The notes under the pieces: generated by a model
The model's database searches: none
The model's input: only the letters and a program-made list of their open reading frames with translations
Told to the model about the DNA's origin: nothing
Made by a program: the position numbers and the translations under genes
Assembly: GCA_963695345.1 (NCBI GenBank)
Contig: OY968769.1
Coordinates: 1,600,001-1,664,000, forward strand
Origin: an uncultured Methanomassiliicoccales archaeon
GTDB lineage: Archaea > Thermoplasmatota > Thermoplasmata > Methanomassiliicoccales > UBA472
DNA: 64,000 bases
Reading direction: 5' to 3'
Shown: one piece after another, positions 29,656 to 39,960 of the stretch
Layout: every line of letters starts with the position of its first letter
Numbering within the stretch: the first letter of the stretch is position 1

Positions 29656-30303
29656 ATGAATCCATATGACAAAGCCATCGAGGAATACGCCTCGAGGAGC
29701 TCCCGCGAGGTCGATCAGGTGTTCCTCGATCTGAAGGAGGAGACGTATGCCAAGATGTCCAACCCGGGGATGCAGGTCGGCGAGGTGGAAGGACGATTCC
29801 TCCGGCTCCTGGTGGCCATCACCGGGGCCAAGAAGGTGCTCGAATTCGGCACCTTCACCGGCTATTCCGCCCTGATGATGGCCTCAGCCCTTCCCCCAGA
29901 CGGTCTGCTGGTCACATTGGATCGCGATCCTGAAGCGGTGGCCATCGCCAAGAGGTACTTCGCCCAGGTGCCTTACGGAAAGATGATCAAGGTGGTCATG
30001 GGCGATGCCCGGGAAACGGTGCATGACATCAAAGGCGATTTCGATCTGGCTTTCATCGATGCCGACAAAGAAGCTTACGATCTATACTACGAGGCCACGA
30101 TGAAACTGCTCAGACCTGGCGGAATGATCGTTCTGGACAACATGCTGTGGTATGGAAAGGTTCTCGACCCCGCGATCGATGACAAGGATGCCAACGCCAT
30201 CGTCGCCATGAACAAGAAGATCAACAGCGATGAGAGGGTAGAGAATGTACTTCTCACGGTGAGGGACGGAGTAATGCTGGTCCGGAAGCTGCCTATGCCT
30301 TAG
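29656..30303 (+). CDS. SAM-dependent O-methyltransferase (CCoAOMT/COMT-like)
   Basis: LEFGTFTGYS, FIDADK and DNMLW motifs. Confidence 0.9.
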   Translation: MNPYDKAIEEYASRSSREVDQVFLDLKEETYAKMSNPGMQVGEVEGRFLRLLVAITGAKKVLEFGTFTGYSALMMASALPPDGLLVTLDRDPEAVAIAKRYFAQVPYGKMIKVVMGDARETVHDIKGDFDLAFIDADKEAYDLYYEATMKLLRPGGMIVLDNMLWYGKVLDPAIDDKDANAIVAMNKKINSDERVENVLLTVRDGVMLVRKLPMP

Positions 30304-30754
30304 CGAGCTCCCTGACCTTCTCGATGGACCTTTCAACGTGATCCTTGGGCTGAATGTTGGAAGAGAAGACCATCCTTATCACTCCGTCCTTGTCAACTAC
30401 GTAGGTCACTCTGCCGACTACGTGTGCCACTCCATAGGCTCCGAACATATCCCGGACCCGGTTGCCCGGATCTGACAGCAAAGTGAACGGCAGTTCATGT
30501 TCGATGGCGAACTTCTTGTGCGTTTCCACCGAATCGCCGCTTATGCCGAATATCTCCGCACCCTCCTTCTGGAATGCCTCATACATCTCACGGAACGCAC
30601 GGGCCTGCATGGTACAGCCGGAAGTGAAATCCTTCGGATAGAAATATACTACCAGCACCTTCTTTCCGATGTGCGCGGCCATGTCGACCTCCTTTCCCTC
30701 CTGGTCCAGCAATTTGAACACAGGCGCCCTTTCTCCTTCTTGGAGTCCTTTCAT
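30293..30754 (-). CDS. bcp: Peroxiredoxin (BCP/PrxQ)
   Basis: YFYPKDFTSGCT motif. Confidence 0.9.
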   Translation of the reverse strand: MKGLQEGERAPVFKLLDQEGKEVDMAAHIGKKVLVVYFYPKDFTSGCTMQARAFREMYEAFQKEGAEIFGISGDSVETHKKFAIEHELPFTLLSDPGNRVRDMFGAYGVAHVVGRVTYVVDKDGVIRMVFSSNIQPKDHVERSIEKVRELAKA

Positions 30755-30862
30755 GAACATCACCTCCATACCGATTCGAGCCGGTCGGATATAAGACCTC
30801 GTTCGGTAGTTCCTTTCGAAGCGGCAGTTGTTGATGCCCTTCGTTCGGAATCATTCACTCAC

Positions 30863-31414
30863 TCAATATGTAAGCGGCAAAGGAATGAGCTCCATGGCGG
30901 AAAAGTCTGAAACCAGGATACCGCCAGATCTGAAGTCCCCCACCAGCTCCAGTACATTGGCCAATGCTTGATCGGGCACGATGACCAACACCCTGACCTT
31001 TTCCATGGCGGCCTCGGCATACTCAATTACCGCATCGGTCCTCTTCCAGCTTTCTTCGCTCTCGATGAAGTCATACTCAACTATTATGCCATCGCCGCGC
31101 CTGATGGTTATGAGGCACCAAAGACCTGATCCTCCATCGAAATAGAGTTCCTCCGCGATCATCGAAAGATTCTGTATGGTTATATCTCTGAGTCGCTGAT
31201 GCACAATGTTCGGGAGATCAATGACCGCCATCAGGTAATTCTCGGAGCGGCCGATATAACAACGTTTTCGTTGTTCATGCAATGAGTCATCTTGATGCAC
31301 TTTGAATTCCCATTTTCCTGAACGGACGAATAGTGTCTCATTTTTCCTATTAAGGATATGCAAGACACGATAAGGTTTTATAATCATGTCGCCAGTAATT
31401 AATGTGAGGTCCAC
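30863..31414 (-). CDS. Hypothetical protein (true start probably internal, MAVIDLP)
   Basis: ORF only; the 5' part is AT-rich and overlaps a divergent promoter. Confidence 0.5.
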   Translation of the reverse strand: MDLTLITGDMIIKPYRVLHILNRKNETLFVRSGKWEFKVHQDDSLHEQRKRCYIGRSENYLMAVIDLPNIVHQRLRDITIQNLSMIAEELYFDGGSGLWCLITIRRGDGIIVEYDFIESEESWKRTDAVIEYAEAAMEKVRVLVIVPDQALANVLELVGDFRSGGILVSDFSAMELIPLPLTY

Positions 31415-31552
31415 ATGCCAGATATTGAGCTGATAGCCACCGACGCCCCGATTATAAAGATCAAGCAGGTAAAGGAGAAAAGGGTCAAGGACAAGAAGAA
31501 GGGCCTAGACAAACGTCCAAAGGCACAGAATATCAACCCTCGAAGAAGATAA
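31415..31552 (+). CDS. Small basic protein, 45 aa
   Basis: MPDIELIATDAPIIKIKQVKEKRVKDKKKGLDKRPKAQNINPRRR*; GTGAGGT SD-like site and TTTTATAA about 30 nt upstream. Confidence 0.5.
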   Translation: MPDIELIATDAPIIKIKQVKEKRVKDKKKGLDKRPKAQNINPRRR

Positions 31553-31624
31553 AAAGGAAAATTGGTGTTTCCGTTTCATCGGGAAGATTGGACGTTGGTG
31601 GGACTGAGGGGGCAGTCGACCGAT

Positions 31625-32161
31625 TCAACGCACAAGGGACCCCGCCCATCGGCGTATCTCGTCCCAGTCCCTGAAGTCGTAAGGTTTGCTCAGGTCCACG
31701 CCCTTGTCCTCAAGGTTCTTGCTGGCACCTACCGATTTCAATACGGTCTTGACCAAGAACCCATATTTGTCGAAGTCGATCTCTCCTCCAAAGATGGCGG
31801 TGGAAGCGGGATTCTTCAACCCGAACCTGTTCGCTACATCGTCCAGGTAGGTCTTCCGGGACTCTTCGATCGGTTTTCTCCCGAACACGACATCGCCGCT
31901 GCAGGCGAAGAGGGCTACGCGTTTGCTGGCCAGTTTTTCCTGATTGTCCTCCAGGAATCTCAGGGCCCCCTTGGACCAAGAACCGACATAGATCCCACTT
32001 CCAAGTACCAGCAGGTCATATTCATCGATGTTCAGCAGTTTCCTCTTCCTCAGATCGATGACTGTGACCGAGGCTCCCTCCTTCCTCAGCACCATGGCTA
32101 TCTCCTCTGCGACCCTCTCGGTCGACCCATACCTAGTTCCGAACGCCACCAGTGCTTTCAT
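31625..32161 (-). CDS. Flavodoxin-domain protein (HemG-like)
   Basis: GTRYGSTE, LGSGIY and DFRDWD motifs. Confidence 0.85.
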   Translation of the reverse strand: MKALVAFGTRYGSTERVAEEIAMVLRKEGASVTVIDLRKRKLLNIDEYDLLVLGSGIYVGSWSKGALRFLEDNQEKLASKRVALFACSGDVVFGRKPIEESRKTYLDDVANRFGLKNPASTAIFGGEIDFDKYGFLVKTVLKSVGASKNLEDKGVDLSKPYDFRDWDEIRRWAGSLVR

Positions 32162-32552
32162 GCTTCCTCACCTCGGCCGGGAAGTCCGTCCTGTTCGCGA
32201 TCAGGTAAGCGATGAACATGACTGGGAGTATCATGCCCATAATTGCCGTGATCTGTACCTCGGCTATGCCCCAGATGTCGAACACGATGGTCACCAGGCT
32301 TAATGCGATGGTGCCCGAATATCCCCATCTGGTCCCCCTGAACAGCCCGTATGCGGCAACGAGGCCGGCAATCCCGATGAGCACGAACATGACCAATATG
32401 AACGCCTGTACGTCCGTCGAAATGGCCTTCTCGGTGGGGGCAAAGCCAGATTGTAGTATCCATGCCGGGAATGCGAATCGGAGAACGCTCTGGATCAGGG
32501 CAAGGACGCAGATTGCTATCACGCCTTTTCTTTTTCTGTTTGTGGGTTTCAA
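32133..32552 (-). CDS. Small four-TM membrane protein
   Basis: Four hydrophobic segments; TTG start after a GGTGAG SD-like site. Confidence 0.65.
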   Translation of the reverse strand: MKPTNRKRKGVIAICVLALIQSVLRFAFPAWILQSGFAPTEKAISTDVQAFILVMFVLIGIAGLVAAYGLFRGTRWGYSGTIALSLVTIVFDIWGIAEVQITAIMGMILPVMFIAYLIANRTDFPAEVRKHESTGGVRN

Positions 32553-32684
32553 GATCTCACCTTGAACAACACAATACTTCCGAGGGTCATCCTCTCTCGT
32601 CAAAACGGAATGGTAATATTCTGCATCCCTTACGGTCCAGATAGGACGTTCATCAACCATCTATGGTAAATTTCGGCACCCCTC

Positions 32685-33609
32685 TCATTGGCCAGGACGA
32701 TCAGGGATGGCAGATCCCTTTAGCATCGTGTCGAGGTTGGCATGCCGGTGCTCATCATAGTAGTGGATGTCCCGGAGGATGTTCGGGACCACCGAATGGA
32801 AGAATCCCTCGCCCTCGAGTTCTCGGCAGGTCCTCTGCATATCCTTCACGTCCTTGGTCCACAGCATCACGATCAGCTGGTTCGGCAGATTGCTGAACGA
32901 ATAGGTCCTAATGACTCCGGCCGACAGCTTCTTGATGAGCAGGAACGCCACCTTTTCCCGTTCCATTTCTTCTTTGATGTTCAGGTGGATGTTCGTGACC
33001 GTGTCACCCTGGGAGTCCGGCCTCCAGTGAATTGAGAACTGCACCAGGCCCTCCTCCACCAATCTATCCAGTTTCCTCTTTGCCGTCTTGACCGAAACGC
33101 CTACCTCGTCAGCGATGTCGGTGATCGGTCTCCGCGAATCATTCTGCAGTGATTTGACCAAGCGCAAATCCAACCTAGTCAGAGAATCCTTGGGGGATGA
33201 AGGAGGGGACGGCAGGATACCTACCTGGGCATCACTTATCTGGGCCAAACGTTGGACTTTGGTGACGAACGATGCCATGTCATTGACATCCCGCACACCG
33301 CCATGCACATAAACGTAGTTACCGCTGGCCACGAAGAACACGGCGACATCGCTTTCCCGTTCCAGGGCGGTGGCCACAACGTCCATCGACTGGGCCTCTG
33401 GACCATCCGAATATCACCACCCACATCCGGCCTTGGGCCTTGAGGGTCAGAAAGGCGCCTGTTCCGGTGATTATCTCAGCATCGATAAGCCCCTGTACCC
33501 TCCGGTGTACCGCCTGCGGTGACAGCTCCAGGGCTTTCCCCAGTTCGGAGTAGGAATGGCGAGAGTTCATGAGGAGGTTGCGGCAGAGGGCCAGGTCCGT
33601 CTCGTCCAT
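32685..33609 (-). CDS. Tandem-HTH Lrp/AsnC-type regulator (frameshift near 33390)
   Basis: MDETDLALCRNLLMNSR..HTH and a second LDLRLVKSLQNDSRRP HTH in different frames. Confidence 0.8.
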
Positions 33610-33678
33610 GTCTCTTCAATCGTTATGGACGTCTTAAGCGTTGCGACCGGCGGATGACCATGATCAGGCCTTGCGAGT

Positions 33679-34863
33679 TCATATGGAGAGGAATGATTTC
33701 GGGGCCAGACTGGTCGCCAGCATCACCATGTTGATGTCCCGGTGTTCTGACCAGGTGGTCGAATTCTGGTTCCGTGGGATTGTCCAGAACTTTTCGATCT
33801 CCGCACCAATGGGAATGAACCTCTCTAGGTCCCTTATCTTATTGTCGATTTCCGCCGAGATCGGCCTCTTTGCCGTTCGCGCAAATAACTCCTTCGTATC
33901 CTGCAAACCCTTCAGGCCGATCGATAGCCCGAGCTCTCGGAAGGCCAGTCTGCTCTCCGCATCCAGTTCCAGATCCCTTCCGAGCGCGAAGAAACCGACG
34001 CTGATCAGGGCGGCATCGATGATCGCTTCGAACAAACCTTCTTTCATCTTTCCGCCCAATGCTTTGACCTGCCAGATCCGGGACGCGTCGACCAGGAGCC
34101 CGCCCATGCCGAGGGGATCATCCGTCGTCATTCCGTCCAGGCCGATCATCTTCCCGATATCATCTATCTCCGTTTCCAGATCAGTTCCTTCCACTCTATC
34201 AATGGAGGCGGTCACCTGAAGCTCGTTGTATGTCACATATCCATCGAGAGGGTCATGCTGGCCCATGGACGCGACCAGCGGACGGCTCAGATCGATGCTC
34301 ATCTTCCAATACATCCTCTTTCTGCCGCCCGAGGCTGCTACATAACGGAATGATGAATCGGCCTTCTTCGCCAGCTCCAGCGCCCACTTAGAGTATCTCG
34401 GATCCGAGGTCACCCGACCAACCCTGTTGAGGGCATGCATCCATTTCGTCAAGTAGTGATAGTACTGGCCATCCTGCTCCCATTCCATATACTGATCGAT
34501 AGGCTCCTTGGCCTTACGTTCCGGTAACCTCTTCCCGATCCGGAGGCCGCCGGCGGTCGGATGCAGCGCCCCTTCCTCTTCGCTCAGCCCACTTATCCAT
34601 CCCTTCCTGTCATCATCGACCCGATGATGTCCGAGCACGTAATGGACCTGATCGACCAAACGGATGGCCAGGTCTAGATAGGTTCGGTCCTGGGTTGACC
34701 GAAAGAGCTCCAAGAAATCGCAAACGGCGAAAGCGTCGGTCCAGAGATAACGAGTGGGGCGGGACGAAACCGGTTCCAGGCCGGTTGAGCGGGCGAATTC
34801 GTTCATGATTCTTTTCACATACTCAATGGTCTGCGTCTCGTCCATAGGTTTCCCTTCGTTCAT
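33679..34863 (-). CDS. Conserved hypothetical protein (possibly six-hairpin glycosidase-like)
   Basis: RYLWTDAFAV, DGQYYHYLTKWMHAL and HRDIN.VMLAT blocks look conserved; the fold is a guess. Confidence 0.6.
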   Translation of the reverse strand: MNEGKPMDETQTIEYVKRIMNEFARSTGLEPVSSRPTRYLWTDAFAVCDFLELFRSTQDRTYLDLAIRLVDQVHYVLGHHRVDDDRKGWISGLSEEEGALHPTAGGLRIGKRLPERKAKEPIDQYMEWEQDGQYYHYLTKWMHALNRVGRVTSDPRYSKWALELAKKADSSFRYVAASGGRKRMYWKMSIDLSRPLVASMGQHDPLDGYVTYNELQVTASIDRVEGTDLETEIDDIGKMIGLDGMTTDDPLGMGGLLVDASRIWQVKALGGKMKEGLFEAIIDAALISVGFFALGRDLELDAESRLAFRELGLSIGLKGLQDTKELFARTAKRPISAEIDNKIRDLERFIPIGAEIEKFWTIPRNQNSTTWSEHRDINMVMLATSLAPKSFLSI

Positions 34864-35307
34864 TGAATATCTTCCGTTTCTTCCGTCTTGTCCAATCCAT
34901 TGGAATAAAGATCCTCACCAATGGCATCGACGAATATCGAGATTCAAGGTCGGGCACAATCTCTTGGCTGCTCATTGGATTAATAACATTTCATCGACCG
35001 GTTACTTTGGATTCCTTCTTCTGGAATGGCTGAAATCCCAAGAATAGTGAACGTCGAATGCCTTCTCTTCACATAGGTATTTAGGCAATTGATTCGCATT
35101 CTTCCAGAGGGATCGTTATGGTCGATCTTGATCAAGGGCATGGAATGCATCCGCCCCAGAATATTGCTGACGCTCTCAGTATGTTATTTCTTCCAGAAAA
35201 TGTGGATAGTTATTCATTTGTCTCCAAATTCAGTAATACGAATAACTTATGTAGTTCAATTCATCTTCTAGACAGACAAATGGCTAGTTCAGCCATTATG
35301 CCTTGGG

Positions 35308-37503
35308 ATGGAGGCATGGACCGTGGATACGCAATCTGGCCCTCGAGATGAGGAAAGGGCGATAAGAACAGGCGGGGAAAGCAATCGGTCTGAAAGGAAG
35401 GAGAAGCGTAAGAAGACAATAGGGAAAGAGGAAAGGAAACAGATAATCAGATCAGCCATCTGGCAATCTTTCTTGAAACTCGACCCCCGGCATACTGTCA
35501 AGAACCCGGTCATGTTCGTTGTCGAGATCGGCAGCGCGATCACCTCCATTCTGTTCATCCAGGCATTGTTCGGCGATGGGGATGCGTCGGCTGCATTTAT
35601 CGGTCTGATCTCCATATGGCTCTGGTTCACGGTCATTTTCGCTAATTATTCCGAGGCCCTGGCAGAGGGCAGGGGCAAGGCTCAGGCCGAAGCCCTCAGG
35701 AATATGCGAACAACCACGACTGCCAAGAAGATAAATGCCAAATATTCGGTGACCAAAGGACAGAAACCCGCGGAGAACGAGTTCACCCAAAGTCCTTCTG
35801 GCGACCTTCGAAAAGGCGACCTGTTCCTCGTGTCCGCCGGAGATACCATTCCCATCGATGGCGAGATCCTGGAAGGGGTTGCCTCTATAGATGAGAGTGC
35901 GATAACCGGGGAAAGTGCGCCTGTGATACGCGAATCCGGGGGCGATAGAAGTTCAGTGACAGGAGGGACCCGGGTCCTTTCCGACTGGCTTGTGGTAAGG
36001 TCATCAGCCGACCCGGGGGAAGGATTCATCGACAAGATGATATCGCTGATCGAAGGGGCAAAGAGGCAGAAGACTCCCAATGAGATCGCCTTGAACACGT
36101 TGCTCATGGGCCTCACCGTCATTTTTATCGTGGTCTGTACGACCCTCCTGCCATTCTCGATCTACAGCGTTTATGTCTCGGGACAGGGCAGTCCCATATC
36201 GCTGACGGTCCTGATCGCATTGCTGGTCTGCCTGGCACCGACCACCATCGGAGGGCTTCTGAGCGCCATCGGCATCGCTGGCATGGACCGGCTCATCAGC
36301 AAGAACGTGATAGCATCGTCTGGCCAGGCCATCGAGGCGGCGGGTGACGTGGACGTCCTGCTCCTGGACAAGACCGGTACCATCACCTACGGGAACCGGC
36401 AGGCCGTCCAGATCATTCCGGTCGAGAAAAATTCGGCGGAGCGGGTCGCTGAGCTCGCCCTCCTTGCTTCTCTGGCGGACGAAACCCCAGAAGGTCGCAG
36501 CATCGTGACACTGGTGGCCAGCCAATACGGCATCAAGGAGGAGGATGTGGCCGATACTGAAAAGAGGTCCAAAATGGAATTCATTCCATTCTCCGCTCAA
36601 ACTCGTCTGAGCGGCGTGAACATGGGCAGCATTTCAATCCGCAAGGGAGCCTCGGACGCCATCAACAATCTGGTCAGGTCGTCAGGCAATCATTTCCCCT
36701 CCCAACTGAGAGAGCAGGTGGACAAGATAGCCCGATCGGGGGGAACGCCGTTGGTGATAGCCCTTGACGCGGTCCCTGTGGGTGTGATTCATCTGAAGGA
36801 CGTGGTCAAACCGGGAATGAAGGAAAGGTTCGCCCAGCTCCGCCGCATGGGAATAAAGACCGTTATGATCACCGGGGACAACAAGCTCACCGCCGCCGCC
36901 ATTGCCGCGGAGGCGGGAGTGGACGACTATCTGGCAGAAGCCACGCCGGAGAACAAACTGAAATTGATAAGGGAGTACCAGGCGGAAGGACGTCTGGTCG
37001 CCATGACCGGGGACGGTACCAATGATGCGCCTGCGTTGGCTCAGGCCGATGTCGCGGTGGCCATGAACAGCGGCACACAGCCGGCCAGGGAGGCAGCGAA
37101 CATGATCGATCTGGACAGTGACCCGACGAAGCTGATCGAGATCGTGGAGACCGGTAAACAGCTCCTGATGACCAGGGGGGCTCTCACCACGTTCAGCATC
37201 ACCAATGACGTTGCCAAGTACTTCGCCATCGTTCCGGCGGCATTCGCAGCGACCTATCCGGCTTTGGGCGCAATGAACATCATGGGTCTTCACGCCGCTG
37301 TTCTCTCTGCCGTCATTTTCAATGCCATTATCATCGTCATGCTCATCCCGCTCGCCCTCCGCGGGGTGAGATACCGCCCGCTTACCGCCGCCGAAGCGCT
37401 CCGCAACAATCTCCTGTTGTTCGGGGTGGGGGGGCTATTGGTCCCATTCATCGGGATCAAGCTCATCGATATGGCCCTGTCCCTCCTGGGGGTGGGGGCA
37501 TGA
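35308..37503 (+). CDS. kdpB: K+-transporting P-type ATPase subunit B
   Basis: KNPVMF, TGES, PTTIGGL, DKTGT and GDGTND motifs. Confidence 0.96.
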   Translation: MEAWTVDTQSGPRDEERAIRTGGESNRSERKEKRKKTIGKEERKQIIRSAIWQSFLKLDPRHTVKNPVMFVVEIGSAITSILFIQALFGDGDASAAFIGLISIWLWFTVIFANYSEALAEGRGKAQAEALRNMRTTTTAKKINAKYSVTKGQKPAENEFTQSPSGDLRKGDLFLVSAGDTIPIDGEILEGVASIDESAITGESAPVIRESGGDRSSVTGGTRVLSDWLVVRSSADPGEGFIDKMISLIEGAKRQKTPNEIALNTLLMGLTVIFIVVCTTLLPFSIYSVYVSGQGSPISLTVLIALLVCLAPTTIGGLLSAIGIAGMDRLISKNVIASSGQAIEAAGDVDVLLLDKTGTITYGNRQAVQIIPVEKNSAERVAELALLASLADETPEGRSIVTLVASQYGIKEEDVADTEKRSKMEFIPFSAQTRLSGVNMGSISIRKGASDAINNLVRSSGNHFPSQLREQVDKIARSGGTPLVIALDAVPVGVIHLKDVVKPGMKERFAQLRRMGIKTVMITGDNKLTAAAIAAEAGVDDYLAEATPENKLKLIREYQAEGRLVAMTGDGTNDAPALAQADVAVAMNSGTQPAREAANMIDLDSDPTKLIEIVETGKQLLMTRGALTTFSITNDVAKYFAIVPAAFAATYPALGAMNIMGLHAAVLSAVIFNAIIIVMLIPLALRGVRYRPLTAAEALRNNLLLFGVGGLLVPFIGIKLIDMALSLLGVGA

Positions 37504-39957
37504 AGGAAGAGGGAAAATCGATGTTGAACAAGGCGTTCTACACCAGCAGGTCACGCTCCTTCCTGGGGATGATGAGGAAGCAGGTCAGACCAGCGGTGAT
37601 GATATTCGTCATGCTCATGCTGGTGATCGGAGTTGCTTACCCCCTTGCGGTCACTGGAATCGCCCAATTGGTATTCCCCCATCAGGCCAATGGAAGTCAG
37701 ATAGCGCAGAATGGAACGGTCGTCGGTTCGGAACTCATAGGCCAACCGTTCAACGACAGCATCTACTTCTGGGGAAGGCTGTCGGCCACCCCCGGGTATC
37801 CTTACAACGCCAGCCTTTCCAGCGGTACTAACTTCGGACCGAACAATCCTTCATTGCTCGGATATGGTGCAGGCCCGGTTAGAGGCGTTGCGTCTGGCTG
37901 ACCCGAACAATACCCTCCCGATTCCCTCCGACCTGGTCACCGCTTCGGGAAGCGGCCTGGACCCGGACATTAGCGTGGCCAGTGCTTTGTACCAACTGCA
38001 TAGGGTCGCTCTCGCCAGGAATATGAACGAAAGCATCGTGAGGGGCCTCATTGACTCCAATACCAAGGACAGGCAGTTCGGTCTTCTCGGGGAGAAAACG
38101 GTCAACGTGGTGGGCCTGAACCTGGCCCTTGATGGCGTTCAAGAAAAAGGTCAAGGAGGGACATTCGACCCGGCGACTGTGGCGGCCGGCACATCGCTGT
38201 CCGACGATCGCGTCCTCGGGCTCTCCCCGCTCAGTTGGGCCTTCATTGCGGCGTTCGTCATCCTCCTTGGGGTCCTCACCTCTCTCGCAAGCAGGCTGCT
38301 GACCGCGGTGTTCGAGGAACGACCGGGTCTGGTCTCCAGAACGATCGCTCGGGCGGAATCCTTCCTTTACCGACCGGCAAGGCTGGACAAGCACGGCATG
38401 GACTGGAAAGAGTATGCCCTGGCGATGCTGACCTTCAACGCCATTGGCTTTCTCTTCCTTTTCGCGGTGATCCTTACCCAGCAGTTCTTGCCGTTCAATC
38501 CGCAGAACCTGGGGGCGGTCTCTCCGGACCTGGCGTTCAACACGGCGGTCAGTTTCGTGACCAATACGAACTGGCAGTCATACGGGGGCGAGACGACCAT
38601 GAGCTACTTCACCCAGATGGTCGGTTTGACAGTGCAGAACTTCCTTTCTGCGGCAACCGGTCTCGCCGTTCTGATCGCCTTTATCAGAGGCATTCGTGGA
38701 AGGACCGTCAAGGAGCTCGGCAACTTCTGGGTGGACATGTCCAGGGCGACATTGGTCCTGCTGTTCCTGTCCTTCATCCTGGCATTGCTATTGGTCTCCC
38801 AGGGGGTCCCGCAGACCCTGGACGGGCCGATCGTCGGGCAACTGGTCCAGCCATTTACTGATATTAATGGGGAGGTCGTCACCACCCAGTTGATCCCGGT
38901 CGGACCGGTCGCTTCCCAGGAAGCGATCAAGATGCTCGGGACCAACGGAGGCGGGTTCTTCAATACCAATTCAGCACATCCTTTCGAGAACCCCACGCCA
39001 TTCTCCAACCTGCTGGAGAACTTGGCATTGCTAATGATCCCTCTCGGAGTATGCCTGGTCTTCGGGAACATGGTCAAGGACCGGAGACAGGGGCTGGCAG
39101 TCCTTACGGCCATGGTCTTGATCTTTACCGTTTTCCTCGGTCTTGCGATATGGGCAGAACAGGCCGGCAATCCAGAATTGACCAGGCTTGGAGTGTCGCA
39201 GATAACGACAGACCTGCAGCCAGGAGGCAATATGGAGGGAAAGGAGGCAAGGTTCGGGGTGATACCATCGTGTCTATTCGCCATCTCCACCACGGCGACG
39301 TCATGCGGGGCGGTCAATTCGATGCACGATTCCTTCACGTCGCTTGGCGGCATGGCACCGCTTTTCATGATACAATTCGGGGAAGTGGTGTTCGGCGGTG
39401 TAGGGTCTGGCTTGTATGGGATGCTGATCTTCGTGATCATCGCGGTGTTCGTGGCCGGCCTCATGATCGGCCGCATGCCCGACTATCTGGGGAAGAAGAT
39501 CGGCCCCTATGAGATGAAATTGTGCACCATCATCATACTGATACCCGTGGTGACGATCCTGACCGGTGTGGCGATCGCCGTCATGATCCCTGAGGGAAGG
39601 TCAGCGGCATACAATCCCGGACCTCACGGTTTCACCGAAATACTGTATGCCTTCAGCTCGGCGGCGAACAACAATGGCAGCGCATTCGCCGGGTTGGGGG
39701 CCAATTCGCTGTTCTACAATGTCGCGTTGGCGATGGCAATGATCATCGGCCGATTCCCGGTGGCGGTCCTGACCTTGGCATTGGCCGGTTCGCTCGGATC
39801 GAAAAAGATCGTTCCGGTGAGTCCCGGGACCCTTCCCACCCATACTCCTTTGTTCATTTCATGGCTCATCGGAGTGGTGGTCCTGATAGGGGCACTGAGC
39901 TTCTTCCTTACCCTGGTGCTCGGACCGATCGTCGAGTTCCTTATCTGGGGGGGATGA
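37500..39957 (+). CDS. kdpA: KdpC-KdpA fusion (one frameshift near 37862, inside the KdpC part)
   Basis: KdpC motifs [30 protein letters not shown] and [11 protein letters not shown] run in frame into KdpA filter motifs [19 protein letters not shown] and NNGSAF. Confidence 0.88.
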
Positions 39958-39960
39958 GTC

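Noticed and set aside
35020-35200. c-di-AMP (ydaO) riboswitch upstream of kdpB
   Set aside because: Only a GCTGAAATCC-like fragment is present; the remaining conserved motifs are absent
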